A DNA stretch of 64,000 bases from Bacteroidales bacterium. GTDB lineage: Bacteria > Bacteroidota > Bacteroidia > Bacteroidales > Bacteroidaceae. How positions within the stretch are numbered: position 1 is the first letter of the stretch; each line of letters starts with the position of its first letter. Shown here in pieces: positions 61,665 through 64,000 of this stretch. Under the pieces are notes generated by a model. The model was not told the origin of the DNA, did not search any database, and worked only from the letters and a program-made list of their open reading frames with translations. The stretch lies in contig JAGHUS010000163.1 of the NCBI GenBank assembly GCA_018064685.1, forward strand, positions 2,666-66,665, read 5' to 3'. Position numbers and translations under genes: made by a program.

Positions 61665-62753
61665 ATGAAAATCAAACTGATGGGACTTTTTACAATGCTT
61701 TGCAGCATGTTGGCATGCAAAGCGCAGGCAGAGGGCTACAAGAGCCTCGGTGTAGATGAATTTGCCAAAACCATTGAGGATAGCAAGGTAGTGCGACTGG
61801 ACGTACGAACGGCTGAGGAGTATGCCGAAGGACACATAGCAATGGCCATGAACATCGACGTAAAGCAAGATGACTTTGAGAAAAAAGCCAAGCTTGCGCT
61901 CGACAAGACGAAGACCATTGCTGTGTATTGCCGAAGCGGAAACAGGAGCAAGAAGGCATGCCAGATACTGACGTCAAACGGATACCAAGTTATCGAACTA
62001 TCGTCTGGCATCATGGGATGGACAAACGCAGGCAAGGAGGTGACGAAGGAAGAGGTGGATGTCTTCACCACTGCCAATGGCGCCACCGTATACATGCATT
62101 GCATCAAGCATGGCAGCCTCAGCATCATGGTCTCTACCCCATCATCCGATGGGCAAAGCAGAACTGTCGACAAATGGATTTACGTCGACCCAGTGACAGA
62201 TAAAGTACAGCCTATAACAGACTATAGTTCAATGCCTAAGGCTGACTACATACTAGTGACACACGAACATGCCGACCACCTTGATGCGAAAGCAATAGAG
62301 CAACTGACAAAGGAGGGTACGATGCTCATCGTCAACCCTCGAAGCAGCGAGTTGCTGGGTGGCAAGGGCGACGTGATGAAGAACGGCGAGAGCAAAACCA
62401 TCGCTACATGGACCGTAGAGGCCGTGCCTGCATACAACACCTCGACCGACAAGCAGCAGTTCCACCCCAAGGGACGTGACAATGGCTACATCCTCTCCAT
62501 CGAAGGACTTCGCATCTACATCGCTGGCGACACCGAACCGACGCCCGAGATGCAGTACATCAAGGACATCGACATTGCTCTGATGCCATGCAACCTGCCC
62601 TTTACCATGACTCCCGAGCAACTGAAGGAGGCTGCCAGCATAGTCCGTCCCAAAGTGCTCTTCCCATACCACTACGGCAAGACTGATATGCAGCAAGTTG
62701 TCAATCTGATGGACGGAAGCGGCATAGACGTAAGAATAAGGCAATATCAGTAA
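61665..62753 (+). CDS. Exported rhodanese domain fused to MBL-fold metallo-hydrolase
   Basis: ATG 61665; signal/lipobox SMLACKA; rhodanese VRLDVRTAEEYAEGHI..VYCRSGNRSKKA (active-site Cys loop); MBL ILVTHEHADHLD. Confidence 0.8.
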   Translation: MKIKLMGLFTMLCSMLACKAQAEGYKSLGVDEFAKTIEDSKVVRLDVRTAEEYAEGHIAMAMNIDVKQDDFEKKAKLALDKTKTIAVYCRSGNRSKKACQILTSNGYQVIELSSGIMGWTNAGKEVTKEEVDVFTTANGATVYMHCIKHGSLSIMVSTPSSDGQSRTVDKWIYVDPVTDKVQPITDYSSMPKADYILVTHEHADHLDAKAIEQLTKEGTMLIVNPRSSELLGGKGDVMKNGESKTIATWTVEAVPAYNTSTDKQQFHPKGRDNGYILSIEGLRIYIAGDTEPTPEMQYIKDIDIALMPCNLPFTMTPEQLKEAASIVRPKVLFPYHYGKTDMQQVVNLMDGSGIDVRIRQYQ

Positions 62754-63041
62754 AGCAGAGAACAAAGAGCTTTGCATACAACGATGGTAAGCCGTATGAT
62801 GTAACGCCGCATACGTCCAGCTTTCATCAATTTGCTGCATGGACAATTTTCTTTCCGTGCGTGGCGGAAAAAGTAATATCGCAGCAGCATTAAAATTTCC
62901 GCCACGCGCGGAAAAAAAATGCCTTAGCGTCTTTGCATCATTTTACGGTACTGAAAATAAGTCTGAATCAGGGGGCTGATCACATGATTCAGTGTCTACA
63001 TTTATTAAGAAAAAAAGTTTTAAAACGCCAAAAGGGTTCAA

Positions 63042-63272
63042 GGGTTCCACTTTAAAGATGTAAACATCACAAAATCATTATGATACACCAGTGGAACCCT
63101 CGGTGGAACCCTGCTTAAGGGTTCCACGGGGTTCCACTTGCGAATGCAACTCGCTTTGTTTTGAGAAGGGGAAATGGTGGAACCCTGTGGAACCCTTGAA
63201 CGGGGTTCCACCAAGGGTTCCACGCACATAAGAAACTGTTATACATCATGTTACAAGCAAAAAGTGGAACCA
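63042..63272. repeat. Dyad-symmetric cluster of ten GGGTTCCAC / GTGGAACCC 9-mers (two 47-bp palindromic modules plus two flanking copies)
   Basis: Plus-sense copies at 63042, 63119, 63129, 63203 and 63215; minus-sense copies at 63091, 63103, 63177, 63187 and 63264 (the last is GTGGAACCA). Confidence 0.9.
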
Positions 63273-63298
63273 TTGATGGTTTTCATGCAAAAAAAAAT

Positions 63299-64000
63299 CT
63301 AATATTCGCAGCTAAGTGTGCCGGTGCGCGTGTCGTACACCCACACTACAATGGCTTCCGACTCGCCGGCCTCGCAGATGCCACCACAATAGATGGTGCC
63401 AGAACGGCCACGATAGTTACGCTTTAGTATGCCGGAGATGAAGAGGCGTGCGGTTGCGCCTTCCTCTATCATAGCCGATGCCAAGGGACCTTCGGTCTCG
63501 CCATCGTCAGAACTAAGCACAAGCGACCAATAATCGGCTTCGAGGTACTTGCCTACGTTCTGCGCACAGAAAATATCTTCCAATGGGGTTTCGTTATCCA
63601 CACTCACGCTTGCCACACCCACCTTGCGCTTGGCCAGATTTCGGTCGGTGGTAGTATCGCCTTCGCGAATAATCTGCCACGACGTATCGTAACCCGTGAA
63701 GCGGAGATAGGAATTATAGACCTTGTACTTGCCACCAGGCTCTGTCTGTACAAACTTGTCGAACGACACACCCACACGACAACTGTTCATGACGTCAACC
63801 TTCACATTACCAATGGCTTGATAATAATAGGGGTGCTTCTCAAAGAACTTGTGATGGTCGCTATACACCTCGTCGCGACTATACTCCGAACCATAGTAGA
63901 TGACCATACTGGTATACTGCTGCGAGAGCAGAGCCTCATCGCGGTTGTTAAGACCAGCGTTCCAGCGTTGCAGCACGTCCATACAGGCATTGGCCTGGAC
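63299..64000 (-). CDS. Hypothetical protein, 5'-truncated by window edge (N-terminal NTF2/SnoaL-like segment?)
   Basis: Frame stays open upstream of the track ATG 63982 to nt 64000 (..VQANACMDVLQRWNAGLNNRD..); TAG 63299-63301; no motif recognised. Confidence 0.55.
   Translation of the reverse strand, partial: VQANACMDVLQRWNAGLNNRDEALLSQQYTSMVIYYGSEYSRDEVYSDHHKFFEKHPYYYQAIGNVKVDVMNSCRVGVSFDKFVQTEPGGKYKVYNSYLRFTGYDTSWQIIREGDTTTDRNLAKRKVGVASVSVDNETPLEDIFCAQNVGKYLEADYWSLVLSSDDGETEGPLASAMIEEGATARLFISGILKRNYRGRSGTIYCGGICEAGESEAIVVWVYDTRTGTLSCEY

Noticed and set aside
63038-63229. 63-aa minus-strand ORF across the GGGTTCCAC cluster
   Set aside because: The translation merely repeats VEP/WNP/RVP encoded by the 9-mer copies. 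It has no start context, so it is a repeat artefact.

Overview
This 64-kb chromosomal segment reads as Bacteroidota, order Bacteroidales, probably Prevotellaceae. That placement is an inference from a SusC/SusD pair, five proteins ending in T9SS C-terminal sorting domains, many lipoprotein signal peptides and TAnnTTTG -7 promoter boxes. I call 52 protein-coding genes, of which two are cut by the window edges and one (tag) is interrupted by an in-frame stop. I also call one tRNA-Thr(UGU), several intrinsic terminators and many short tandem arrays. I saw no rRNA, CRISPR array, integrase, transposase, or recognisable phage or defence genes.

Gene content, left to right:
- a two-component system and a CDF transporter
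- a tag/AlkZ-like DNA-repair pair
- small-molecule enzymes (nitroreductase, Nudix-PAS, MTHFS)
- a giant secreted EEP-domain T9SS cargo protein
- two TPR-TM-AraC one-component regulators, each next to secreted or lipoprotein genes
- a long RSH (RelA/SpoT) paralogue
- peptidases (S41, M3, S1, S8), dCMP deaminase, ApbE, a GT2/DUF4199 pair and a GH27 enzyme
- a CAZyme-free SusC/SusD locus followed by two TlpA-like thioredoxins
- purN and a rhodanese-MBL fusion

The most unusual signals are non-coding:
1. Almost every intergenic spacer is built from stuttered short-word tandem arrays. The words come from a small, mutationally connected vocabulary that recurs at several loci and in both orientations. 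The arrays often abut or overlap start or stop codons.
2. A 230-bp dyad-symmetric cluster holds ten GGGTTCCAC 9-mers between convergent genes.
3. An 852-bp gene-free region carries about 300 bp of 22-bp palindrome-cored repeats.
4. An 85-nt promoter module with nucleotide-exact geometry occurs three times, and one copy has no gene behind it.

Coding oddities:
- tag carries an in-frame amber codon.
- A small protein ends in a beta-clamp-type QLTLF motif.
- One secreted protein consists of six 20-aa repeats.
- The RSH has an intact hydrolase but a degenerate synthetase.
- A stand-alone AraC HTH paralogue sits directly behind a full-length regulator.

I did not find one obvious multi-gene novel system.

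Limits: all protein calls rest on motif recognition by eye from the supplied translations. No database search, HMM or RNA folding was run. Hand-indexed coordinates of small elements may be off by 1-2 nt. The ORF track also uses GTG and TTG starts, so I moved several starts to the first ATG that has signal-peptide or promoter support.
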